In this document: piece after piece, positions 27,501-36,164 of the stretch | Layout of the letters: each line of letters opens with the position of its first letter | How positions within the stretch are numbered: the stretch's first letter is position 1 | Source of the DNA: a bacterium | Lineage (GTDB): Bacteria > Patescibacteriota > Minisyncoccia > Moranbacterales > UBA2206 | Direction of reading: 5' to 3' | DNA length: 55,417 nt | Assembly: GCA_021788105.1 (NCBI GenBank) | Contig: JAJYKZ010000003.1 | Coordinates: forward strand, 1-55,417 | Program-made: the position numbers and the translations under genes | Notes under the pieces: model-generated | The model's input: only the letters and a program-made list of their open reading frames with translations | Databases searched by the model: none | What the model was told of the DNA's origin: nothing

Positions 27501-27771
27501 CGACACCAAAAAATTGCTTAACCAAAACTGGAACGTCGCCCTTACCGATTTCGCGGAACAGCCGATCGGCGCGGAAATCACTATTCAAATGACAAACACT
27601 CCCGCTCCCGCCGCGTCCGCCATGGGCCCCGGGCGCAAAATCATGGCTTCATTGATTTCCGCTTTTCCGTCATATTTCACCTTTCTGTTCAAAATAGTTT
27701 TAACGACATTATTGTTTCTGGCATCAATCTGGGTTATACTGGCATTAATACCGAGAAAAAATGAAAATTAA
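24550..27771 (+). CDS. Large (1073 aa) surface protein with signal peptide, Ig-like beta-rich domains and C-terminal membrane anchor
   Basis: Signal ending ALA; DLNDDGTISVED Ca-binding-like loop; S/T-rich; C-terminal TM. Confidence 0.85.
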   Translation: MKKLLVPILILITSFSLSAPALAFSYPNPFDAAQQGMSGIMGMMGLNQNVLQTYSQSLNVSSQKETPPQVLLNFSPTNPSDGQQVTVTAQPEYFMNDKSQEYFTWYLKHSYCHTGADKGAANYDSRCDLNDDGTISVEDYKIAAARILAANGFDWNTALGQDSQNCSGNSSADISYCSQPDKYDHAGDDEYLAAFGGDNQTEPTYGYHCYVHDFQSGIDSEIKCQQLFPDSYSMDANWKIKDDGSLADSHNGLSKNEERFWHLDPNNKDTAGTGNTNVANIIGLGEFQFSWNYESGDEVGVAVEGISISPTNYNDSSYKIMWALPKNNFSNCMSSESSSQDHFPQFVSDYDLGSEISDPSGFEKQYLQPDNSNDYSTAQPVTATLSNGYTATITKKIVNSDSSAFGLTGKLEITAVIQKPAQISGINSSYSYIPDSYVFTQTYSLGSDSFGNSTYTNEDSSYTEAHYTISDSDNSDTPPIKTETLTAAENNVVFTSIGKGDTTTTKTTKYTVSASYNPVVTSTTNPITYKTTQQTTYNYTPSGSTVDYTDFNFPSVSGTGTLSAAPYWSSITSTGPSVTTSSNTPAPPEDSLNNCLKDNMVTPTEGGQTARIEVDLSAIPTSPTNDPTNSPIVAHNSAEESGPNSDELAITSSVLNVDDPSSLKYTWEVYTADDANSDSWIPIPKTDLSELGATKLSGMGLNKIQFKLNFPKDFLKKYIKVRLTAEETANDSTREGYGEVVVPVSSSADSIQVFSTTTTEPVTNTTESGNNIILGLDPSGERCQTGMDKITCPVVKDEIVGLKLDDSNLSNFSWSLDGTPFSYQQAGTPDYEAFFPVLKEVGDQYTVSVTATDKTTGDPITITKNFQVDDPKIGIISTDNNASPVLLGNYVDLNKKLWPDYSTDQFLAQPGSNITLKADFANIPASFLYGGTYTWFIDNTPIVSGSPNDFGATINSDGSLSFPANKSIGDVYTVDIGATYSQDNDTKKLLNQNWNVALTDFAEQPIGAEITIQMTNTPAPAASAMGPGRKIMASLISAFPSYFTFLFKIVLTTLLFLASIWVILALIPRKNEN

Positions 27772-28762
27772 ACTTAATAAAAGTTTGAAAATATTCTTTT
27801 TCTTTCTGATTGCTTTTCCGCTGGCGGCCAGGGCTTCTTTTGATTACAAATTAATGGAAGGCATTCCGGGCTTTGCCAATCCCGGAGACAGCATCAATTT
27901 CTACACTTATGTTTCCGATGTGTACAAATTCGGGATTTGGGCAATCGGAATCGCCGCTCTTCTGATGATTGTGGTCGGCGGATATATGTACATTATGTCG
28001 GCCGGCAACAATTCGCAGATGGAAAAAGCCAAAGGCGTGATCACCGACGCCATCATTGGAATAATTATGGTGATGTCTGCTTATGTTCTGCTCTATGAAA
28101 TCAATCCCGATCTAGTTAAGATAAAACCATTTTCAGGCCCGGCGGTGTCGGGAGTGACAGGCACACCAATAACTCCACAAAATTTAGCTGTTGGTTGTTC
28201 TAATTACACACAAGACTTCCAAAATGCTTCGGGTGGAGACAAAAATTTACAATGTCTGCTTGAAGCTATGGCAACTCAAGAAAGTAGTTGTGATCCAAAC
28301 AAAACAAGTCCTGCTAACCCTCCTGCCTGCGGCATTATGCAATTAGAACCTGCCACAGCATCTTTAGTTGCAAATAATTCTGTAGATTGTCAATATTTAA
28401 TTCAACACCCGGCAGACAGCATCACTTGGGCCGCTGATCTTCTCAAAAAATCCATAAATTCCATTCCCACCAATGCTGGATTCTCTTTGGGAACATCTTA
28501 TGATCTCGGCAATGGCACAATACAATATGGTCAATATACTTATGCGATTGGAAATGATGACTTAATTGCTTCTTACAATGCCGGATATGGCGATGGCGTT
28601 TCATCTAGTGGAAAAAAAGCTCCCTTCGCCGTTTCTTCTGATTGTAAAAATCCAGTGACTCCAGCTTGGCAGTGCGATAAAAACTCAGGCGGCTTCAACC
28701 AAACCCAAGACTACGTTACAAAAGTCCAAGCCTATCAAAAAGCTTGTTTAACCAGCAGTTAA
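27761..28762 (+). CDS. CPR-type (VirB2/TrbC-like) pilin fused to an SLT lytic transglycosylase domain
   Basis: Two-TM pilin AALLMIVVGGYMYIMSAGN..KAK..ITDAIIG; SLT motifs AMATQESS, GIMQLEP, ASYNAG, TQDYV. Confidence 0.82.
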   Translation: MKIKLNKSLKIFFFFLIAFPLAARASFDYKLMEGIPGFANPGDSINFYTYVSDVYKFGIWAIGIAALLMIVVGGYMYIMSAGNNSQMEKAKGVITDAIIGIIMVMSAYVLLYEINPDLVKIKPFSGPAVSGVTGTPITPQNLAVGCSNYTQDFQNASGGDKNLQCLLEAMATQESSCDPNKTSPANPPACGIMQLEPATASLVANNSVDCQYLIQHPADSITWAADLLKKSINSIPTNAGFSLGTSYDLGNGTIQYGQYTYAIGNDDLIASYNAGYGDGVSSSGKKAPFAVSSDCKNPVTPAWQCDKNSGGFNQTQDYVTKVQAYQKACLTSS

Positions 28763-28769
28763 TCTATTT

Positions 28770-29906
28770 ATGACTCTCTCCAAAAAAATCTTTTTGACAT
28801 CAACAATTGCCCTGATTGTGCTTTTGCTTTTTTGGGGCATTTATAATTTATCTTTCAAGCGACCGGCGTTGCCGACGCAAACCACTTCTCAACAGTCCAA
28901 ACAGGCGGATGTTTCAGCAGTGCAGAATGCTCCGGAAGTTTCCGCCATTTCCGACGAAGCTGTTCTGGCGCCCACTCTTTCATCCGACAGCCAGCACATC
29001 GAATATTATTCCAAGAAAACCGGAGAAACATATGAAATTAATTTTGACGGAACCGGCAAACAAACCGTTTCTACCGAAGAATTGCCGGGATTGTCCTATG
29101 CCATTTGGTCGCCCGACGATTCGAAAGTCATTCGGGCATTTCCCCAAGGCAGCTACACCAAATTTGTTTTCCATGATTATGCGGCAGGTGATGATATTGC
29201 TTTGGGCAACGGAATTGATTGGATTGCTTGGCTGAATAACAATAAAATAATATACAAATATTACGACCAGGGAACTAAAGAAAATTCCCTAAACATTTCA
29301 AATCCCGACGGATCAAACTGGTTGAAAATAACAGACTTGAAATATTCATCAATGTCCTTGGCTCCGATTCCAAAAACCGGTTTGGTTTCTTTTTGGAACA
29401 GTCCGGATGCCAACACCGCAACAGATTTTGAATCCATTTCGGCCCTGGGAGGAGACGCGACCCCTTTGATTCAGAATTATTTCGGCGCTGATTATTTGTG
29501 GAGCCCGGACGGCACCAATATTTTGATGAGCCATACCGACCAGCAGGGCGGGAACAAAATCACTCTGGCCGTAACAGACTCGCAAGGAAATAACTACAAA
29601 GACTTGGGCGTTGCCACTTTCGTTTCAAAATGCGCTTGGTCGGTGGATGACAAGACCGTTTACTGCGCCGTGCCTGATTCTCTGCCCGATGATGCGACAT
29701 TGCCCAATGACTATTCCGATGGGAAAATAACCACGAGCGATTCTTTTTGGAAAATCAATACTGAAACCGGAGACAAAACAATCATCGCCGGACCCAATCA
29801 GTTGGGCGGAAAATTCGACGCCTCCAATTTATTTTTGAATCTTAATGAAAGTTCGCTGTTTTTCATAAACAATCTTGACGGAAAGCTTTACAAAATAGAC
29901 TTATAA
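28770..29906 (+). CDS. Membrane-anchored TolB/PD40-like beta-propeller protein
   Basis: N-terminal TM; repeats PTLSSDS, WSPDDSK, WSPDGTN, WSVDDKT. Confidence 0.8.
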   Translation: MTLSKKIFLTSTIALIVLLLFWGIYNLSFKRPALPTQTTSQQSKQADVSAVQNAPEVSAISDEAVLAPTLSSDSQHIEYYSKKTGETYEINFDGTGKQTVSTEELPGLSYAIWSPDDSKVIRAFPQGSYTKFVFHDYAAGDDIALGNGIDWIAWLNNNKIIYKYYDQGTKENSLNISNPDGSNWLKITDLKYSSMSLAPIPKTGLVSFWNSPDANTATDFESISALGGDATPLIQNYFGADYLWSPDGTNILMSHTDQQGGNKITLAVTDSQGNNYKDLGVATFVSKCAWSVDDKTVYCAVPDSLPDDATLPNDYSDGKITTSDSFWKINTETGDKTIIAGPNQLGGKFDASNLFLNLNESSLFFINNLDGKLYKIDL

Positions 29907-29907
29907 A

Positions 29908-30657
29908 ATGAAAGCTGAATCTTTTTCTTACGCCGATGCCGAAGCGGCACGGGCTTATATTTCATATGTCGAGTCGCCGGACGGACAGGCGGAACGCCAA
30001 TTGCTTGGACAAGCGATTTTTTCAAATTTGCCCGAAGAAAAAAATATTTCTATTCTGGACGCCGCCTGCGGCACCGGTTGGCTGACTGATTTGCTCAAAA
30101 AAGAAAATATCAACGCAATCGGCTGCGACGCAAGTCCGCGGCTTCTGAACTACGCCCGCCAAAAATATCCGGACTGCACTTTTATTGAAGCGGACATCAC
30201 AGAAAATCCAAAAGACAAATTGCCAATTACTCCCTTTGACTTAATCGTTCTCTCGCTGGCTTCCCACGACATCGAAAATTTATCGAAAGCATATGGCCGG
30301 CTGTCTCAAATCCTGAAACCGGGCGGAAGTTTGATAATCACAACAGCCAATCCATATTATTCTTTTCCGGTGGGCCGTTGGAAGCGGGGAATGCTTGGCA
30401 GGCTTTTGGCAAAACAACCGTCCTTGCGCCTAAGTCCGTATAATTTTTTTATAAAAACCCAAAGGAAGTTTTTTTGGAAGAAAAATATTCCGTCTTTTTT
30501 CCATACTTTGCCGGAAACAATCAATGAAGCGCTGCAAAACGGCTTTGACTTGAAAAAAATCGAGGAGTTGGCGCGCAAAAACAACTCTTCTTCCGGCCGG
30601 GCGCGCCAGATGCATCTATATCCGATGATTTTCCTCTTTGTTTTCAAAAAGAGGTAA
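29908..30657 (+). CDS. Class I SAM-dependent methyltransferase
   Basis: ILDAACGTG, GCDASPRLL, FDLIV, LKPGGSL. Confidence 0.9.
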   Translation: MKAESFSYADAEAARAYISYVESPDGQAERQLLGQAIFSNLPEEKNISILDAACGTGWLTDLLKKENINAIGCDASPRLLNYARQKYPDCTFIEADITENPKDKLPITPFDLIVLSLASHDIENLSKAYGRLSQILKPGGSLIITTANPYYSFPVGRWKRGMLGRLLAKQPSLRLSPYNFFIKTQRKFFWKKNIPSFFHTLPETINEALQNGFDLKKIEELARKNNSSSGRARQMHLYPMIFLFVFKKR

Positions 30658-31794
30658 CATTGCCAGCCAAAAAACAATTGCCAAGTCGTTTTTAAAGTAG
30701 GTGGTGTCGACCAGTCCGTGAAGCAAAAAATAAAATATTATTCCAAAAGAAGCGAGTCGAAGAACGCTTTTTTCTTTTTTAAAAAAATTACTGATCCAAA
30801 ACCAGATCAGCAGGAAAAAACCGGCCAAACCAGTTATTCCGGAATATAGCCAGAAAGCCAGATATAAATTATGCGGATGAGGAACCGCCCATTCCAAATA
30901 AGGCGGAAAATATTTTTGATAAGCCAGATATTCGGCTTGGAAATTGCCCGGGCCGATTCCCCAGAGCCAATGGTCGGCAAGCATTTTTTCGGCCGACTCC
31001 CAAATCATGATTCGCGAAGCTAGCGACGAGCGAGAATTGAGACTAGCAAGGCTCTCGAATTTATTTGAATGCATTTGCGATAATAAGAACAAGCTTATTC
31101 CAAAAAATATCAGTCCGATTGCGATTTTCTTGCCATATTTCTTGTTATATTTTTTATTTGTCGCAACAACCAGCAATATCGCGATCGCGGCCGCCAGCCA
31201 GGCGCCGTAAGAAAAAGTAAAATAAAAAGCGGTGAAAATGATCGCGAGCGAAGCGCCGTAATAAAATTTATTCTCCCTAAAAAAAAGTACGCCCATAATC
31301 AGCGCCGGCGCCAGATACATCGCCAGGTAATTAGGCGAATTATAAATAGCTTCCAAACGGAAATCATACGTCACTCTTCCCAACAACAAAAAAATCAGCG
31401 CCGCAATCGCAACCAAAAAAGCGGAAAAATAGAGCGCTTTAAAGGCATTCGCATATTTTTCACTAGGCAAGCTTGTCGCCGCAATCAAAAGAAACAAAAG
31501 CGGCAAAACGAACCAGCCCTTGATAATTCCCAGTCCGACTGCGTAATTGCCGTTGGCAACTGTGGAAAGAAACAGGCCGGCCAGAACCAAAATGATTGCC
31601 GCGCAAAAAATTTTATATCGCGAAATAAAATCTTTAAGGCGCATCTTTTGATATTTTTTTTGCCAAATCCAAACCGCCAGATCAATAATAATCATTATTT
31701 CTAAAAAATTTGAAAAAGAAATCCGGATTAAATAAAGCGGGATAGCGGCAATGGTAAAATAAATAAAATTTTCCGAGCTAAACTTTTTTTTCAT
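30616..31794 (-). CDS. O-antigen ligase (WaaL/Wzy_C) family protein 1
   Basis: PNYLAMYL, TFSYGAWL, RIMIW, WGIGPGNF, HPHNLYL, HGLVD; probable start ATG 31794. Confidence 0.88.
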   Translation of the reverse strand: MKKKFSSENFIYFTIAAIPLYLIRISFSNFLEIMIIIDLAVWIWQKKYQKMRLKDFISRYKIFCAAIILVLAGLFLSTVANGNYAVGLGIIKGWFVLPLLFLLIAATSLPSEKYANAFKALYFSAFLVAIAALIFLLLGRVTYDFRLEAIYNSPNYLAMYLAPALIMGVLFFRENKFYYGASLAIIFTAFYFTFSYGAWLAAAIAILLVVATNKKYNKKYGKKIAIGLIFFGISLFLLSQMHSNKFESLASLNSRSSLASRIMIWESAEKMLADHWLWGIGPGNFQAEYLAYQKYFPPYLEWAVPHPHNLYLAFWLYSGITGLAGFFLLIWFWISNFFKKEKSVLRLASFGIIFYFLLHGLVDTTYFKNDLAIVFWLAMLPLFENKEENHRI

Positions 31795-33040
31795 ATGAAA
31801 ACTGGGAATTGTCAAAACTGATTATGATAAGAAGCAATGTTAAAACATGCGGGGAATAAATGCTCGTTTCTACCAGAGAATGGGCGGCAAACACCACCAG
31901 ACTGGCCGCCGCTCCCAAAAACAGCAGGCTGCGCGAAGATTTTTTTATCAGATTGAAAATGGTTGCCGCCAGGAGCCAAATCCAAATCAAGGCGTTCAAA
32001 ATTCCCGTCTCTGCCGCAATATCAAAATAGGCATTATGGGCATAAATAGGCTCGCGATAATCAGCCGTCGGATTTATTGCCAGCGGATAATTGCCCAGAC
32101 CCACGCCCAAAATCGGATGGCTTTCGATTACATTTAAAGCTTCTTTCCAAGTTTCAATCCTTCCCTGATTGGAGCCTTCTTTAAGATTAAAAGTCGAGTA
32201 GGCTCTTTCTGAAATTGGATTTGGAAAAGCAAGCAGCATTAATCCGGCGCCGATCAGGCCGATGATGGCAATCTTGTAATTTTTATTTATTCTTCTCCAG
32301 AAAAAAATCAAAACAAACACCGCGCCGGCCGCCAAACCAAGATAACCGCCCCTGGAAAAAGTAAGAAGATCCGCGGCCAGTAAAATAACTAGTGCCAAAG
32401 AAAGAAATTTTTTCTTCTTGGAAATAAAAAGCAAGGCAATATTTAACGGCACCAGCATCCCCAAATAAAAAGCCAGCATATGCGGATCGGGGAAAAAAGA
32501 AATGCTGCGCATATAAGTTTTGCCGCCAATATTCACCAGCCAGCTGGGATTTTGCAAAACTTCCCGGGAAAAACTGTTGCCCAAAAAAGGAACAACGATT
32601 TTCGCCCAAATTTTATACGCGCCGTTCAGCCCGACCGCAAATTGCAGCAGAAATTGAAAGATTCCGATCGCGCCGATCGCCGCGCCGGAAAAAACCAACG
32701 CCTTTGTCAGCCTAATCAGTCTTTTTTCACTATTAAGAAGCTGTGAGGCGACAAAATAAATCGGGAAAATCGAAAGCAAGAAAAGCAGCTTCCTTAGGTA
32801 CCAATCCTGATTCTTCGCGGCCAATATGGAAAAGAAATTTATAAAAAGAAACGCCAGGATTAATGCCGTGCCGGCAGTTTTATTGATAAAAATTTTTTTA
32901 TTTTTCAGGCCCTGCGCCAACCAAAGAAAAAACAGCGCCAGCACAAAAATTCTAACGGAAGCCAGATCGACGCCTTGCCCGGGATTTAAGGCTACCTGAA
33001 AAGGCAAATATAACGCTAATAATAAAAATAAACTGAACAT
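31778..33040 (-). CDS. O-antigen ligase (WaaL/Wzy_C) family protein 2
   Basis: FPDPHMLAFYL, TFSRGGYL, GRIETW, GVGLGNY, YAHNAYF, HSLVE. Confidence 0.88.
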   Translation of the reverse strand: MFSLFLLLALYLPFQVALNPGQGVDLASVRIFVLALFFLWLAQGLKNKKIFINKTAGTALILAFLFINFFSILAAKNQDWYLRKLLFLLSIFPIYFVASQLLNSEKRLIRLTKALVFSGAAIGAIGIFQFLLQFAVGLNGAYKIWAKIVVPFLGNSFSREVLQNPSWLVNIGGKTYMRSISFFPDPHMLAFYLGMLVPLNIALLFISKKKKFLSLALVILLAADLLTFSRGGYLGLAAGAVFVLIFFWRRINKNYKIAIIGLIGAGLMLLAFPNPISERAYSTFNLKEGSNQGRIETWKEALNVIESHPILGVGLGNYPLAINPTADYREPIYAHNAYFDIAAETGILNALIWIWLLAATIFNLIKKSSRSLLFLGAAASLVVFAAHSLVETSIYSPHVLTLLLIIISFDNSQFSYEKKV

Positions 33041-33060
33041 CTGATGTTTTTCCTGAATTT

Positions 33061-33855
33061 TTATTTAAATATTTTTCTCAGTATTTTTAAAAAAACGGTT
33101 TGAGTTTTTCCCAAATGCTTTTCAAAAAAATAATCTTGCGATCGATAAAAACTTTCTTTTTGTTCTTTTTTTCCCGTGGCGCTTCCGCCGCAAAAATGTT
33201 TTACTTTAAAATCGGGGAAATAAACTATCCTTTTGTTTTTTTGCCTTACCCGCCGGCACAGATCCATATCTTCAAAATACATAAAAAATTTTTCATCGAA
33301 TCCGCCGGCACGGCCGAATAAATCTTTTTTTATCAAGAGGGCGGCTCCGCTGGCCCAGTCGACATCAATTTTTTCCGAGCTTTCCCAAATCTTTTTGCTC
33401 TTGGGAAAACCCAGATTGTTTCTTATTATATCCCAAAGACCGACTTCTGCGCCAACGCTCCACTCTTGGGTTTTTCCATTCCCGTCCAGCAACCGCGGAG
33501 CAACGATGCCCGTTCTTTCATCCGAAAGTTCCTTGAAAAAATTCTGCGGATTACCGGATAAATCGCCGGAAATTTCCGTATCGGGATTCAAAAAGAATAA
33601 ATATTCTCCCTGTGCGTTCTGCGCGCCCAAATTGCTGGCCGCTCCGAAGCCCGAATTTTTTTGATGACTGATGATTTTTGCCTGAGGAAAAATTTTCGCG
33701 ATTTCTTCAAGGCCGGCTTCCGGGTCGTTGTTGACAATGATGATTTCCGGATCGATGAAAGCCAGCGCATTATAAACAGAAGCGAGACATTTATGAAGAT
33801 AATGTTCGCTTCTGAAGTTGACGATTATGACAGATAGTTTTTTAGAATTTTGCAT
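33061..33855 (-). CDS. Glycosyltransferase family 2
   Basis: SVIIVNF, NSGFGAASN, LNPDT, GGFDEKFFMYFEDMDLC; probable start ATG 33855. Confidence 0.92.
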   Translation of the reverse strand: MQNSKKLSVIIVNFRSEHYLHKCLASVYNALAFIDPEIIIVNNDPEAGLEEIAKIFPQAKIISHQKNSGFGAASNLGAQNAQGEYLFFLNPDTEISGDLSGNPQNFFKELSDERTGIVAPRLLDGNGKTQEWSVGAEVGLWDIIRNNLGFPKSKKIWESSEKIDVDWASGAALLIKKDLFGRAGGFDEKFFMYFEDMDLCRRVRQKNKRIVYFPDFKVKHFCGGSATGKKEQKESFYRSQDYFFEKHLGKTQTVFLKILRKIFK

Positions 33856-34702
33856 TTTTAAAATCCTTATACGCCCGCCGGACGGTTGGGGCCAGCTCAT
33901 TTTTTTTCAAAAAAAGATCGTACCTGTTTTTCATTTTCCTTAAAAACAGAAAGCAGCTTCCCCATAACTTCCTTAAAAAATTGGAATTTTTTTTAAAAAA
34001 TATCAGTCCGGAAACAACCAGCCAGTAAGTTTTATTTTTTTGCGTTTCTTCGCTTTTTTCAAAATGATACACCCAGCTTCCGGAAACAACTATGTTTTTA
34101 AATCCGGATTTTCCGGCCCGGGCGCTGAAATCCGCGTCTTCCCAATAAAGAAAATAATCCTCGTCCAACAGCCCGATTTTCTTAAAAACCTCGGACCTCG
34201 CAAGCATCGCGCAGCCGGTGATGAATTCCGATTCATAATAATCCTTGGTGACGGCTTTTGTTTTATGGAAAGATTTCATCCGCAACCAGCTTATTCTGCC
34301 TCCGGAAAACCAAATTTTTTTATTTTGATCGAAGATAACCGGACTGAGCAGGCCGAAATTTTTATTTTTTTTCCCAACTTCTATAAGTTTAGCCAGAAAA
34401 TCTTTTTCGACTTCCGTGTCGTTGTTTAGGAGCAAGACGTAATCCGCCATCCGTTCCAAGGCAAACCGGATCCCGACATTGTTGCCCGCGGAAAATCCGA
34501 GATTGGTTTCGTTCTTGATAAAATTCGCTTTGGAAAAATTAGTTTTCGCCAATTCAAGCGAACCGTCCGCGGAATTATTGTCGACAACCACGACTTCAAA
34601 ATTGGGATAATCAATCTTAAAAACGCTCGCCAGGCATTTTTTTATCACATCCTTGCCATTATAATTCAAAATGACTATAAAAACCTTAGGGTAGTTCTTC
34701 AT
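33842..34702 (-). CDS. Glycosyltransferase family 2
   Basis: IVILNYNG, VDNNSADGS, NLGFSAGNN, LNNDTEV, LYWEDADF. Confidence 0.92.
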   Translation of the reverse strand: MKNYPKVFIVILNYNGKDVIKKCLASVFKIDYPNFEVVVVDNNSADGSLELAKTNFSKANFIKNETNLGFSAGNNVGIRFALERMADYVLLLNNDTEVEKDFLAKLIEVGKKNKNFGLLSPVIFDQNKKIWFSGGRISWLRMKSFHKTKAVTKDYYESEFITGCAMLARSEVFKKIGLLDEDYFLYWEDADFSARAGKSGFKNIVVSGSWVYHFEKSEETQKNKTYWLVVSGLIFFKKNSNFLRKLWGSCFLFLRKMKNRYDLFLKKNELAPTVRRAYKDFKNAKF

Positions 34703-36128
34703 ATTCTTCCACTCCTTTTTTAGTGATTATACTGGTGATTTCTGATGACTTTACCGCCTGGAACGCCCATAAAGAAACAAAATAAACCAGAGCGCTGCTC
34801 AAGGCCGGCAAGAAAAAACCATGCCCCCTGAAAGCAAGCAGAAAAACCGCCATAATTATTCCGGAGAACAAAATGCCCCCCATCTTTTCCACCTCCGGAA
34901 AATATTTCAACTCTTTAATTACAAAATACGAAGCAGCTCCGGCCACGACGGTTTCCGTCAGGACCGAAACATAAGCGGCGGCAAAATAGGAAAATTTAGG
35001 AATAAAAATCAGATTTAGGACTATATTTATGACTGCGGCAAAGCTCCAAATATAAAGCAGCTTTTTTTGCCTGTTTCCGGCGATCAAAATATTGTTAAAG
35101 AAAGACCCGAAGAAAATCGCAGTCAGGGCGAAAACTAAAACTCTCAACACGTTGGCCGACGCGCCGAAAGCTCCGCCCCCAATCAAATTGATTATGCCCT
35201 CAGAAAGAAAAAGCGTGCCGATAATCATTGGAACAACCAGGATGACGAAAAATTTTATCGTATTATCAGCCACTTCCTTGAACCTTTTTTTATTGTGAAA
35301 AATGGTATTCGACATAATCGGAAGCACCAGCCCGACAATCATGGCCGGGAAAAAAGTGATATTTTCCAAAACTTTATACGCCGCATTATAAATTCCCACG
35401 TCTCCGGCGTTTTTCATCACAGAAAGAAAAATGGTGTCGATTTTGAAATAAACAAAAACTATGGCTGATCCGATTCCGATCGGAGCCGCTTCTTTCAAAA
35501 ACTTTTTCCAATATCCGAAATCAAACCTTAGCTTGAAGCGAATATACTTTCTCGACCATAAAAATACGATTAAGAAATTGATAATCATATTTATCAGAAG
35601 CGAGGCTATTATCCAATTGAATCCCAGCCTCAATTTCACGGCAAAAATAATTATCACAACCTGAACCGCTTTGCCGATCAACTCGCCCAGCGCCACTTTG
35701 TCCATCGCCAGGTTTTTCTGAAAAACCCCGTTGAGAACCTGATAGCCGGAAGAAAAAACAAAGGAAGCGACGGCGATTAAAATGCCTTCCTTAACCTCGG
35801 CAGGGTATGGGAAAAACATAATTATGGCGGGGGAGATGATGAAAACAGCCAGGGAAGAAATTAAGCGCAGTGAAAAAATATTGCCGATTATTTTCTCTTC
35901 GTCAGCGCCATGGCGAGAAATTTCCCGAGTTGAAATGGAGTACAGGCCGAGGTCGGCAATGGCGGCAAAAAAAGATAAAAACGCGAGCACCGTCGCGTAA
36001 TCTCCAAAGCCATCCGTTCCCAGATAGCGCGTGATAAAGCCTATAGAAACCAGCGCCAGGACGGTGGAAAGCAGCTTGGAGATGCTACTGGCCACAACGT
36101 TATACGCTATTTTTCTGGCAATAACCAT
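34686..36128 (-). CDS. wzx: Polysaccharide flippase (Wzx/MOP family)
   Basis: ITRYLGTDGFGDY, DLGL, YFKIDTIFLS, VGIYNAAYK; about 12-14 TMs; probable start ATG 36128. Confidence 0.9.
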   Translation of the reverse strand: MVIARKIAYNVVASSISKLLSTVLALVSIGFITRYLGTDGFGDYATVLAFLSFFAAIADLGLYSISTREISRHGADEEKIIGNIFSLRLISSLAVFIISPAIIMFFPYPAEVKEGILIAVASFVFSSGYQVLNGVFQKNLAMDKVALGELIGKAVQVVIIIFAVKLRLGFNWIIASLLINMIINFLIVFLWSRKYIRFKLRFDFGYWKKFLKEAAPIGIGSAIVFVYFKIDTIFLSVMKNAGDVGIYNAAYKVLENITFFPAMIVGLVLPIMSNTIFHNKKRFKEVADNTIKFFVILVVPMIIGTLFLSEGIINLIGGGAFGASANVLRVLVFALTAIFFGSFFNNILIAGNRQKKLLYIWSFAAVINIVLNLIFIPKFSYFAAAYVSVLTETVVAGAASYFVIKELKYFPEVEKMGGILFSGIIMAVFLLAFRGHGFFLPALSSALVYFVSLWAFQAVKSSEITSIITKKGVEEYEELP

Positions 36129-36164
36129 ACTCGAAATTTTAAATTTCAAATTTTATTTTTGAAT

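Noticed and set aside
12403-29906. Integrative conjugative element
   Set aside because: No integrase, relaxase, coupling protein or tRNA-linked att sites visible.
30616-30657. 42 nt convergent overlap of the methyltransferase and ligase 3' ends
   Set aside because: Short tail-to-tail overlaps are common in compact genomes; no further signal.
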